Position numbers and translations under genes: made by a program
Notes under the pieces: generated by a model
What the model was told of the DNA's origin: nothing
The model's input: the letters and a program-made list of their open reading frames with translations, nothing else
Database searches by the model: none
Assembly (NCBI GenBank): GCA_030426125.1
Contig: JAUHZB010000001.1
Span: 158,583 to 222,582 of the forward strand
DNA length: 64,000 bases
Direction of reading: 5' to 3'
Source: a bacterium
Lineage (GTDB): Bacteria; Patescibacteriota; Saccharimonadia; Saccharimonadales; AWTP1-31
Shown: piece after piece, positions 10,178 through 18,276 of the stretch
How the letters are laid out: each line of letters begins with the position of its first letter
Numbering within the stretch: position 1 is the first letter of the stretch

Positions 10178-10939
10178 ATGAAGAACAAAGTAATATTAGA
10201 CGTCAAAAACCTTACAAAAAAATATGGTAATAAAAAAGTTGTTAAAGGCATTAACTTCCAAGTTAAGGCTGGTGAGATATTTGGAATTCTAGGGCCAAAT
10301 GGGGCTGGGAAAACTACTACTCTGGAGATGATAGAGTCAATGCGAACAATCGATGATGGCCAGGTGAGCTTAGATGGTATTGATGTGGCCAAAAAACCAG
10401 AAGACGTTAAACAGATAATTGGCGTTCAACTGCAAAGCTCAGCTTTTATGGATAATCTTAATCTGACTGAACAGCTAAACATGTTTAGTTCGTTCTATGG
10501 GCGGCGACAGAAGCCCCATAAGCTCCTAAAGGACGTCCAACTAGATAATAAGGCTAAAGCGATGGTAAACACCCTATCAGGAGGTCAGAAACAGCGATTT
10601 AGTATCGCCACAGCCCTAGTTAATACACCAAAAGTCCTATTTTTAGATGAACCAACTACTGGCTTAGACCCTCAGGCTCGACGTAATTTATGGGATTTAA
10701 TTAAAACGATTAGGGGTAAAGGGATAACCGTCGTTCTAACCACCCACTATATGGAAGAAGCGGAAGTCTTGTGCGATCGGGTTGCCATAATGGACGCAGG
10801 CAAGATAATAGCTCTCGATTCTCCGAAAAATCTGGTTAAACAGCTGCTATCACGGGGCTTCAAGAAAAAACAACACGTCGAACAAGCTGATCTGGAAGAT
10901 GTATTTATTGATCTAACAGGGAAGGAACTGCGAGAATAG
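10178..10939 (+). CDS. ABC transporter ATP-binding protein (ABC-2/DrrA-like)
   Basis: Walker A GPNGAGKTT, signature LSGGQKQR, Walker B VLFLDEPTTGLD. Confidence 0.9.
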   Translation: MKNKVILDVKNLTKKYGNKKVVKGINFQVKAGEIFGILGPNGAGKTTTLEMIESMRTIDDGQVSLDGIDVAKKPEDVKQIIGVQLQSSAFMDNLNLTEQLNMFSSFYGRRQKPHKLLKDVQLDNKAKAMVNTLSGGQKQRFSIATALVNTPKVLFLDEPTTGLDPQARRNLWDLIKTIRGKGITVVLTTHYMEEAEVLCDRVAIMDAGKIIALDSPKNLVKQLLSRGFKKKQHVEQADLEDVFIDLTGKELRE

Positions 10940-10941
10940 TT

Positions 10942-12046
10942 ATGAAGACCTATTTTAATACTATCTTTAAATTAGCAACTTACTTAACCAAAGCCTTCAC
11001 TAGAGATAAAGTTGCCTTGTTTTTCACCTTTGTCTTTCCATTAATTTTCCTACTGGTTTTCGGAGCACTAAATAGAAATGACAATGGTGTATCTTTTGAC
11101 GTAGCAGTCATTAATAACTCTAATAGTCAGTTTGCTAAGAATTTTGTAGAGCAGTCTCAAAATAGCGAATATATTGATGTGAAAAGCGCTGAAACGTTAG
11201 ACTCTGCTAAAGAGCAGATGAGTAGGGGGGAGTTAGACTCAATTTTAGTCCTACCAGAAAAGTTCGGGGAACTCAATCAGAAGTCACAACCCACTGGTAA
11301 GTTGCAGGTATATTTCGATCCAAGCAGTGAACAGACTGGACGAACCTTTGCTCAAATAATTGAGGGAACACTGCGTGAAATCGACTCTAGTATTACTCAG
11401 CAAGAGCCATTGTTTAACGTTGAAGTAGTCTCTACCGATACCAAAGGACTTAGTTCTTTCGACTATATTTTTTTCTGGTCTAATTGGCTTTTCGATTCTT
11501 AGCCTGGGCTTTTTTGGGCCAACCAATAGCTTGCCTAGCATGAAGAAAACCGGAGCGCTCCGCCGACTTCGAACTACGCCACTAAGGACCTCACAGTTCG
11601 TGCTTGGTAATGCACTGAATTATCTACTAATTGGTCTGATAACTTCTGCTTTCTTATTCTTGGTAGGTACTTTTGTTTTTGATTTCTCGATGCAGGGGGA
11701 CTATCTATCATTTATATTAATGGTTGGGCTAGGAACAATTATGATGTTTGGTTTTGGATTGGCTGTTGGTGGATGGGCCAAGAACGAAAACCAAGCTGCA
11801 CCACTAACCAACTTAATAGCTTTTCCGATGATGTTTTTAAGTGGTGTTTTCTTCCCAAGATTCTTAATGCCGGAGTGGCTTCAGGGAATCTCGGCTTTTC
11901 TACCGTTAACGCCATTTATAGAGGGGATTCGACACATTATTGTTGAAGGCCAAACTATATTTAGTCAAGGACCAGAGCTTGCCTTAATGTTGCTTTGGAC
12001 AGTAGTTATCTATACGGTTGCCTTTAGAGTTTTCCGGTGGGAATAG
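10942..12046 (+). pseudogene. ABC-2 family permease split by a 1-nt frameshift in a T7 run (or an assembly error)
   Basis: ORFs 10942-11502 and 11531-12046 are the N and C halves of one permease. Removing one T from the run at 11468-11474 gives ...FDYIFSGLIGFSILSLGFFGPTNSLPSMKKTGALRRLRTTPL..., which continues into the second ORF. Confidence 0.7.
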
Positions 12047-12110
12047 GCATCTGTTAGGACGACGCTTCAAGCTTGTATTTTAAGCACAAACGTGATATAG
12101 TTATGTTGTT

Positions 12111-12902
12111 ATGTCGACTATTGAACAACCACTGTTTGAGCCGGACGAATATATTGCTAGTGATAGTGATCCGACTAGATCGCATGAAGATCATGAGTTG
12201 GAGTTAGCGATTCGTAAAAAGTGGGAAAAGTTGGATCAGCTTAGAGACGGTGCAGGTTTCTTGGCTACAACAACTGATGAGTTGAACGAAGCCAACAAAT
12301 TACAATCTTTAGATGACAACCTTGGCAATGTCTCAAGACACTTAGAAGAAATATATCACCATCAACAGGGTGCCAGGACTAGCAAGCCAGAAAATGCTGT
12401 TCTCAGTGTTGTTTCCGGCTACGTAGATTATGCTACTAAAGCGCAAGTAGATAGGAGTATGCTAGCTGTTTTAGGAGATGAGTTAAACGATAGTGAATTA
12501 CCGTTAGGAAGCAGCCTACTAGAGCTTCTTGGAGGCAGTGTGCAGGGTGGCGTCAAGCAGTTTATTAGATATATAGATTTAAGCCGATTTCATGAAACAA
12601 AAGGACAGCTAAGACCAAATTTTGATATATTTGAAAAGGCTACAGTAAATTCACGTAGACGTAAAGACGTTGTTGTTGATCAGTATACTGCTTCTGAATT
12701 ACCTGTAGATGTACAGCAGCACATTTTAGAAACTCTCGGTTCAGTTACTGTCGAAGAAGCAAAGAGTACTGTGAGCTTAGCGATTGAAGATCAGAAGCAA
12801 CGTTTTAGTTTTTGGGTTGATAAAATCAAGCGTAGTCGAGGGCAAAGTCTTGCTCAGCCAATTGCCAACCAGGCACTTCGGAAGTTTGGTATCGAAGCAT
12901 AG
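12111..12902 (+). CDS. Hypothetical soluble protein
   Basis: 263-aa ORF with no recognisable motifs. Confidence 0.5.
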   Translation: MSTIEQPLFEPDEYIASDSDPTRSHEDHELELAIRKKWEKLDQLRDGAGFLATTTDELNEANKLQSLDDNLGNVSRHLEEIYHHQQGARTSKPENAVLSVVSGYVDYATKAQVDRSMLAVLGDELNDSELPLGSSLLELLGGSVQGGVKQFIRYIDLSRFHETKGQLRPNFDIFEKATVNSRRRKDVVVDQYTASELPVDVQQHILETLGSVTVEEAKSTVSLAIEDQKQRFSFWVDKIKRSRGQSLAQPIANQALRKFGIEA

Positions 12903-12907
12903 TAATT

Positions 12908-13894
12908 ATGGACATCGCACAATTATTACCCAAGCCATTTTTTGTATTAGCACCAATGGATGATGTCACCGATACTGTATTTCGACGTATTGTGGCTAGT
13001 AATGCAGCACCGGATTTGTTCTTCACCGAATTTGTTAACGTTGATGGCTTGCAAAGTCCGGGTCGACCTAGAATACTACCCAAACTAGAATTTACTTCTA
13101 CTGAGAAGCCCATTATTGCTCAGTTATGGGGAAAGAACCCAGAAAACTACTACAAGTCCGCTAAGGATATTGTACAGATGGGCTTCGCCGGAGTAGATAT
13201 AAATATGGGTTGTCCGGCTAAGCCAATAATAAAGAATGGTTGTTGCTCAGCGCTAATAAACAATCGACCACTAGCCATGGAAATTATTAAAGCAACGCAA
13301 GCAGGGGTAGAAGACGCAATAAAAGAGCAGGGGAAAGGGAAGAAAACGCCCCACCACTTCCCTGTCAGTGTAAAAACACGACTAGGCTTTAGCAGTAAAG
13401 ATTTGTCTTGGCACGAGGACTTACTTAAGCAAAAACTTAGCATGCTAACTATACATGGAAGAACTACGGCTGAAATGTCTAAAGTACCAGCCGACTGGGA
13501 AGCTATTGGTGAGATAGCAAAGATGCGGACTTCCCTATCGGCGGAAACCTTAATTGTCGGTAACGGTGATGTAATTAGTCGCCAGCATGGGCTGGAGTTA
13601 GCCGAGAAGTATGGCCTAGATGGTATCATGATCGGTCGCGGAATATTCCACGATCCTTTTATTTTTAGTAAAGACAGTAAGTGGGAAGAATATACAAAGG
13701 AGCAAAAGCTAGCAATGTATACTAAGCATGTTAAGCTTTTCGCCAATACCTGGCCGGATGGTCAACGTAACATCCATATGTTAAATAAATTCTGTAAAGT
13801 GTATATCGAAGGCTTCCCTGGCGCCAAGGAGCTACGCGAAAAACTGATGGACGCTGATTCAACTGACAAGCTATTAGCTTTACTTGAAGGCTGA
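12908..13894 (+). CDS. dus: tRNA-dihydrouridine synthase
   Basis: Motifs LAPMDDVTDTVFRR, GVDINMGCP and TIHGRT are typical of the Dus family. Confidence 0.9.
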   Translation: MDIAQLLPKPFFVLAPMDDVTDTVFRRIVASNAAPDLFFTEFVNVDGLQSPGRPRILPKLEFTSTEKPIIAQLWGKNPENYYKSAKDIVQMGFAGVDINMGCPAKPIIKNGCCSALINNRPLAMEIIKATQAGVEDAIKEQGKGKKTPHHFPVSVKTRLGFSSKDLSWHEDLLKQKLSMLTIHGRTTAEMSKVPADWEAIGEIAKMRTSLSAETLIVGNGDVISRQHGLELAEKYGLDGIMIGRGIFHDPFIFSKDSKWEEYTKEQKLAMYTKHVKLFANTWPDGQRNIHMLNKFCKVYIEGFPGAKELREKLMDADSTDKLLALLEG

Positions 13895-14578
13895 GTAATG
13901 GGGCTGGGTAAATTGGCTATAGATTTGAGGAGATAAAGCTGGAAAACCAACACGGTCGGCGCCTTCTCGCAGTTTCTTCATTTTATTTGTATAAAATTCA
14001 CTTTCTTTGAAATCTACTTCAAGGTCTAGTTCGACCATTTTTTGCTGGTAAGCTAATCTGACTTGGCGTAACTTTTTGGTAGTATCTATAAAGTCTAAAC
14101 TAATTTGACTACTGAATGAAAGTCTAGCTAGTCTTCTTAAGATGTCCTGAGGCTTGGTGTATTCCATTAATCTTCCGCCAGCATCAAAACGCTGATTTTG
14201 CTGAAGGTTATCTTTGTCTTTAAAAACCTCCCTAGTCACTACGTCGCGGTAGCTGGGACTTGCTTCAATGTCGGTAAGAACTGCCTGCCAGGTGTATCTA
14301 CCCTTATCTCTGTCCCTAGCATCAAACAATACACTAAGTATCTCCGGATAAGTTGTATTTATATCTATTGGCTGGGCTTCAGCATCGATTACCCCAGCTT
14401 GAAGCACTTGCCCATAGCCTTCTGGGAATAGATCAGCGTAGCTATTGAAAAAAGTAGCCGAGTTTTCCCAAGCATTGAAATGGTCTAGCTGTCCAGGTTG
14501 GAAAATTAAAAGACCTCCGATTGGGAGGTCACTAGCTTGTTCTGGGTTTCTGGTAGTTTCAGCAATTGCATTATGCAT
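13880..14578 (-). CDS. Hypothetical protein
   Basis: 232-aa ORF. Its 3' end overlaps the 3' end of dus by 15 nt (convergent). Confidence 0.5.
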   Translation of the reverse strand: MHNAIAETTRNPEQASDLPIGGLLIFQPGQLDHFNAWENSATFFNSYADLFPEGYGQVLQAGVIDAEAQPIDINTTYPEILSVLFDARDRDKGRYTWQAVLTDIEASPSYRDVVTREVFKDKDNLQQNQRFDAGGRLMEYTKPQDILRRLARLSFSSQISLDFIDTTKKLRQVRLAYQQKMVELDLEVDFKESEFYTNKMKKLREGADRVGFPALSPQIYSQFTQPHYSAFK

Positions 14579-14713
14579 ACTGAGACTTTATTGTAGCAGA
14601 AGATTACAATAAGCGAAATAAATTAAGTACTATAAAGCTGTGGATAACCCCACAAAACACTTGACAAAATGTACGTCTGGGTGTTACTTGGAAGTAGTAA
14701 AAGGAAAATAAAC

Positions 14714-15127
14714 ATGTATACACAAAAAGATGATCGAGCAAATGAAGTACTAACCTTTGTCGATAGCCGACATAACATAGATCAGCCAACCTGGTTTCCT
14801 GATGGCTCTAGAGTCTACCCGGTATATTGTCGTCGTGAAGATCAGTCTATTGTAGTAGACAGTGCTTTAATAGATATTGTTCCGGGTGTGCATCCAAAAG
14901 AAAGAATTGAAACGACGACTTCTGGACAACATCTGATGGTACTCAGGGGTACGGGAATTATTGATCTAGAACATGTAGAAGATGGTGAAAAAGTGTCAGA
15001 AAAGTTAGAAATACAGGAAGGTATTGAACTGGAGGTTCCTCAAGGACAGGAATATTTCTTTGAAACCGCTGGTGAGCTTGTAGTAAGGGTGACTAGTAGC
15101 GGAGATAAACTTGATCTAGTTGCATAA
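14714..15127 (+). CDS. Hypothetical small beta-rich (cupin-like?) protein
   Basis: I place the start at the ATG at 14714 (MYTQKDD...). It is preceded by AAAGGAA and by TTGACA-N17-TTACTT at about 14662-14690. The ORF-track start at 14669 lies inside that promoter. Confidence 0.5.
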   Translation: MYTQKDDRANEVLTFVDSRHNIDQPTWFPDGSRVYPVYCRREDQSIVVDSALIDIVPGVHPKERIETTTSGQHLMVLRGTGIIDLEHVEDGEKVSEKLEIQEGIELEVPQGQEYFFETAGELVVRVTSSGDKLDLVA

Positions 15128-15203
15128 GATGTAATTGTGACTGTTTCTGATAATGAAATATGGTGGGGGTGGAAGGAATTGAACCTTCGACCAATCGGTT
15201 ATG

Positions 15204-15399
15204 CTTACCACTACAACTTTGGTTGCCCCTTTCGGGTTTGGTGGTCTGGACTGTCTCTTTATCCAATGCTAATTGGATACTTGCCGTTCAGTCTCTACAC
15301 CTTTCCTATACATAGGACTTGGCTCGGGATTACCACGTTTGCACAGAGGCTTCCCCGAATTTGACAAGATATACTTACCGGTTACCCATGTAAGCAGCC
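15204..15399 (-). ncRNA. Compact ribozyme core (IGS, P2 to P9) of the group I intron
   Basis: IGS GGCUG (15399-15395) can pair with exon CGGCU. P2 is CUUACAUGG-GUAA-CCGGUAAG (15394-15374). There is a CCC-GAAA-GGG hairpin (15236-15226) and a P9-like hairpin UAUCCAAU-UAGC-AUUGGAUA. Confidence 0.7.
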
Positions 15400-15400
15400 C

Positions 15401-15430
15401 TGCAACTATATAGCGTATCTAGGATATACT
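15401..15430 (+). promoter_or_regulatory. Candidate promoter for the antisense HNH ORF (leaderless geometry)
   Basis: TATACT at 15425-15430 ends exactly 7 nt before the A of the ATG at 15437. A weak -35, TGCAAC, lies at 15401-15406 (18-nt spacer). There is no SD. Confidence 0.4.
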
Positions 15431-15436
15431 AACAAC

Positions 15437-15853
15437 ATGAATAGTCATTCAATATGTGTAATATGTGACAACAAGCTTAAAGGAAAGCAGCTATTATACT
15501 GTTCAATACAGTGTAAGAATGCTAACCACCAATCATATCCAGCTCAAAAAAAGCGTGGATTAGAACGAAAGCTTAATTTAGTTAAAAAACTTGGCGGGAA
15601 GTGTACTAACTGCGGTTACGCAGATAATCTCGCCGGCCTTGCTTTTCATCACTTAAATAACAAAGCTTTTAAATTGGATGTGCGTTCGTTGTCTAATCGG
15701 AAAGAAGAGTTAATAAACGAAGAAGTAGCAAAGTGTGTATTGCTTTGTCATAACTGCCACGCAGAAACTCATAATCCTGACCTAGACTTAGCTAAATTGT
15801 TAATTGAGCCGACTGCTCTAACCACTGAGCTACACCCCCACGTAACAAAGTAG
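15437..15853 (+). CDS. HNH family (homing) endonuclease, encoded antisense to the intron and tRNA
   Basis: 138 aa. N-terminal Cys4 CVIC...CSIQC. HNH/zinc core CTNCG...LAFHHLNNK...N...LLCHNCHAETHN. Codons 124-138 are the reverse complement of the tRNA 5' exon plus 14 nt of flank. Confidence 0.85.
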   Translation: MNSHSICVICDNKLKGKQLLYCSIQCKNANHQSYPAQKKRGLERKLNLVKKLGGKCTNCGYADNLAGLAFHHLNNKAFKLDVRSLSNRKEELINEEVAKCVLLCHNCHAETHNPDLDLAKLLIEPTALTTELHPHVTK

Positions 15854-15899
15854 AATAAATTCCATTTTTCTCTGTATTTGGGTCTACTCAGCTCGAGTA

Positions 15900-15929
15900 A
15901 TTATACCAGAAGAGTATGGTTTCACTCAA
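15900..15929 (-). promoter_or_regulatory. Candidate promoter of the intron-containing tRNA
   Basis: On the minus strand: TTGAGT (15929-15924), 18-nt spacer, TATAAT (15905-15900). This would give a leader of about 54 nt before G1 at 15839. Confidence 0.35.
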
Positions 15930-15938
15930 CCATACTCT
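15911..15938. terminator. Perfect 11-bp hairpin between the glycoside-hydrolase gene end and the tRNA/HNH locus
   Basis: AGAGTATGGTT (15911-15921), loop TCACTC, AACCATACTCT (15928-15938). Neither side has a clear T-tract, so a terminator role is uncertain. Confidence 0.4.
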
Positions 15939-15972
15939 ATCTGTTGGATTTAGGTAGTACTTATTCTGCGAC

Positions 15973-18141
15973 TTATAGTACTTTGGCGCTACACCAGATT
16001 AGGAAACAGCTTGTTTCAAGAGATATCGATGACGCTTTTGAGCTATTGCCAGCTGCATCAACGGCTTTGATATTATAAACATATGTTTCACCGTTATTTA
16101 AAGATTTATCGTCTGTGAAGCTTGTATCCTTTGTTGTGCCCAGAGTTTCACCATTTCTAGCAACTTGGTACCCAGTTACTCCGACATTATCACTAGATGC
16201 ACTCCAGTTGAGAGCCATTTCGTATCTAAAGCCTGCCCAGTTAGTCTTTAGGCTTGCAGTAAGGTTTTTAGGGGCTGATGGGCTAATTGTATCTTTAGTT
16301 GGCTCTGGAGTTGGAGTAGGGATTGATGTGCTGTTCTGAACATTAACAGTAATTGATTTCTCGGTATAGACATTTCCAGGGTCTCCAGCTTTACGTACTC
16401 GAACCACGAAGGTATGAATACCATTAGTTACTTTGGTAGTATCCCAGTCGTAGGTAGTGCTAGATGATGTAGCTGCCCATTTGTTATCTGGTCGATAAGA
16501 TATTTCTTTTATGTCAAAGTTAGCTTTTACTGATATGCTGGTTATTCCGGAAACTTTCTGGTTGTTGCTTGGCGAGATGAAACTAACGTCTGAAGTTGGT
16601 TCTGGTGCTGGTGGTTCACTCGGATTAGTCGCACACTTATCTCCAGTTCCTTCAGGAACACAAGTTTCGTTGGAAAGGATAACGCGGTCTATTTTTACGC
16701 CTTTTTGAGTGCCGGTAACAGTTACTTGCTTGTTACCTGAGGAAAAATTCTGAGAAGCCAGGGACACCCAAGTCCAATTTGATGAACTTACTTTACTGCC
16801 ACCAACTTTACTGACAATCCCATTATCTATTTGGACGTTTACACTATTGTTGTTAGAGTCGGCGGCTTTCATGCGCACCCATAACTTATATGCTCCATTT
16901 TCGGGGGCTGTTACTTCGCCTTTAACTGTGCCAAAATCATTGGCCGGTTTAATGCTAGTCGATGAACCTAGGTCATTGATACGCATTACTCTTTGATCGT
17001 TTTTTAGGATGTCGTGAAAGGCAGCTAGGACTTTTGGTGGTAGAGAGGTGTCAACATCTTCCTGGCCGGCAGGTGGATTTAAGCTTGAATCAAAGGCTGC
17101 ATAAGCCACTACGTCTTTATTATTTTCAAAACCATAGTTCCAATAATCTCGCATTATTTGCACCCATTTATCTTCCGGATTGGTCTCTCCCCATTCACCT
17201 ACAGCAACTGGCATTTTTTTAGATTCCGCAAATTTTAGAATTGCATCCCAATCTCCAGAGGTAAGAATTGTTTTACCTTTATCGGAACACCCTTTAGGGT
17301 AACAGTATGGATCGACTCCGATTGCATCCCAAATACCATCAACCCACCAACTGTCTATATCTTTTCCAGAAGCTGGATTAACTGTCCAGCCAGTAAAGAT
17401 TGGCATGAATGCTATGTTTTTTGTTTTGACGGCGTTCATTCGTTCTCGTATTTTAACCTGCATTGGCTTCCAGCCGGCAGCACCAGAAGCCTCATCTCCG
17501 CCACCTCCATCTGGTTCATGATGGAATACCACCCAGACTGGTCCGCCTAAGTTGTCTAGGCGCCGAAGTAGGTCGTCTATTATTGCATCATCAGTTCCGT
17601 TAGCTGTTCTATCCCAACCATTTGTCTTAAAAGAAATAAAAGGCAGTCTATTGTTTTGGATGTCGTCTCGGGCGGTTTCTACAGCCTTAGTGATTTTACC
17701 GCTTGTTCGGATATCCCAAAATGTTCTACGAACGGACAATGATGTTCCAGTTGGTGCCTCATGACGAGGTACCGGGTCATCATTACCGCCGATTGATGCT
17801 CCCCAATAAGCTTTTCCGGTTACAAGCGGGTTTGGATCACCAGGGAAACGCTGAGTGCTACTAGTTGTGGTGTTATCTGCGTTGAACTCAACATATTGGC
17901 CATTTGAAGCAGTTTTGTCTGAGATGGGTTTTAATCCGCTACTTAAATTTCCATTCTCGGCTTCAAAACTTGAAGTTGCAGCACTGGCGCTAAATATTAG
18001 GGCAGCGCCTAAGAAAGCAAAAACTGCAACTAGCACAAGGCCAGTTTTGCGGTTCATACTTATATTGCTAAGTAGTGAACTAGACTTTTTCTTTTTACTA
18101 GCGTAGCTTCTAGTGTTTTTGGTCTTTTTTCTATTAGCCAT
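15973..18141 (-). CDS. Secreted multi-domain glycoside-hydrolase-like protein (TIM-barrel ManB/GH26-like core, CBM-like, Ig-like and FN3 domains)
   Basis: Basic N-terminus plus TM/signal anchor. The FEAENG...ASNGQYVEF motif looks CBM-type. The catalytic-like region has VWVVFHHEPDGG and VGEWGE. The C-terminal FN3 reads PSAPKNLTA...WSASSDNVGVTGYQV. Substrate unknown. Confidence 0.65.
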   Translation of the reverse strand: MANRKKTKNTRSYASKKKKSSSLLSNISMNRKTGLVLVAVFAFLGAALIFSASAATSSFEAENGNLSSGLKPISDKTASNGQYVEFNADNTTTSSTQRFPGDPNPLVTGKAYWGASIGGNDDPVPRHEAPTGTSLSVRRTFWDIRTSGKITKAVETARDDIQNNRLPFISFKTNGWDRTANGTDDAIIDDLLRRLDNLGGPVWVVFHHEPDGGGGDEASGAAGWKPMQVKIRERMNAVKTKNIAFMPIFTGWTVNPASGKDIDSWWVDGIWDAIGVDPYCYPKGCSDKGKTILTSGDWDAILKFAESKKMPVAVGEWGETNPEDKWVQIMRDYWNYGFENNKDVVAYAAFDSSLNPPAGQEDVDTSLPPKVLAAFHDILKNDQRVMRINDLGSSTSIKPANDFGTVKGEVTAPENGAYKLWVRMKAADSNNNSVNVQIDNGIVSKVGGSKVSSSNWTWVSLASQNFSSGNKQVTVTGTQKGVKIDRVILSNETCVPEGTGDKCATNPSEPPAPEPTSDVSFISPSNNQKVSGITSISVKANFDIKEISYRPDNKWAATSSSTTYDWDTTKVTNGIHTFVVRVRKAGDPGNVYTEKSITVNVQNSTSIPTPTPEPTKDTISPSAPKNLTASLKTNWAGFRYEMALNWSASSDNVGVTGYQVARNGETLGTTKDTSFTDDKSLNNGETYVYNIKAVDAAGNSSKASSISLETSCFLIWCSAKVL

Positions 18142-18276
18142 AGGTTGTCCTTTTATCTGTTTTTCTTTTTTATTTTTTAATCTATGTTCATATATTCCTC
18201 TAATGTTTTATAAAAGTCAAGACCCTCAGCTTATCTTTGACTATCCATAAGTTAGATAAGCTATACTGGTATTGTT

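Larger units (their letters stand above)
15204..15806 (-). mobile_element. Group I intron (IC3-like) inserted between U33 and C34 of the tRNA
   Basis: The 5' exon ends in U and the intron ends in ...GGUAAG (omega-G). The core blocks GUCAAAUUCGGGG, CCCGAGCCAAG and AAGGUGUAGAGACUGAACGGCA match my recollection of the Azoarcus tRNA-Ile intron. Confidence 0.8.
15161..15839 (-). tRNA. Intron-containing tRNA with anticodon CAU, most likely tRNA-Ile2 (lysidine); exons 15839-15807 and 15203-15161
   Basis: The joined exons read GGGGGTGTAGCTCAGTGGTTAGAGCAGTCGGCT|CATAACCGATTGGTCGAAGGTTCAATTCCTTCCACCCCCACCA. This folds as a 76-nt cloverleaf: acceptor GGGGGTG/CACCCCC, D arm GCTC/GAGC, anticodon stem GTCGG/CCGAT, T arm GAAGG/CCTTC, with encoded CCA. 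G1-C72 is paired, so it is not an initiator. The UGGUC variable loop resembles E. coli tRNA-Ile2 (from memory). Confidence 0.85.

Noticed and set aside
15137-15364. 75-aa plus-strand ORF in the track
   Set aside because: It is the reverse complement of the tRNA 3' exon and the group I ribozyme core. It has no start context and a Trp/Gly-rich nonsense composition, so I treat it as a shadow ORF.
15700-15790. GUUAUG and GGUC motifs in the 5' part of the intron as alternative P10/P1 guide sequences
   Set aside because: They occur in the wrong 5'-to-3' order and far from P2. The GGCUG directly abutting the P2 hairpin (15399-15395) reproduces the Azoarcus layout much better. Only a covariance-model fold can settle this.
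15100-16000. tRNA-associated integrated element (integrase, att repeats) around the three tRNA genes
   Set aside because: No integrase or recombinase ORF, and no direct repeat of a tRNA 3' end, was seen near 15161, 31522 or 38592. The only mobile feature is the intron itself.
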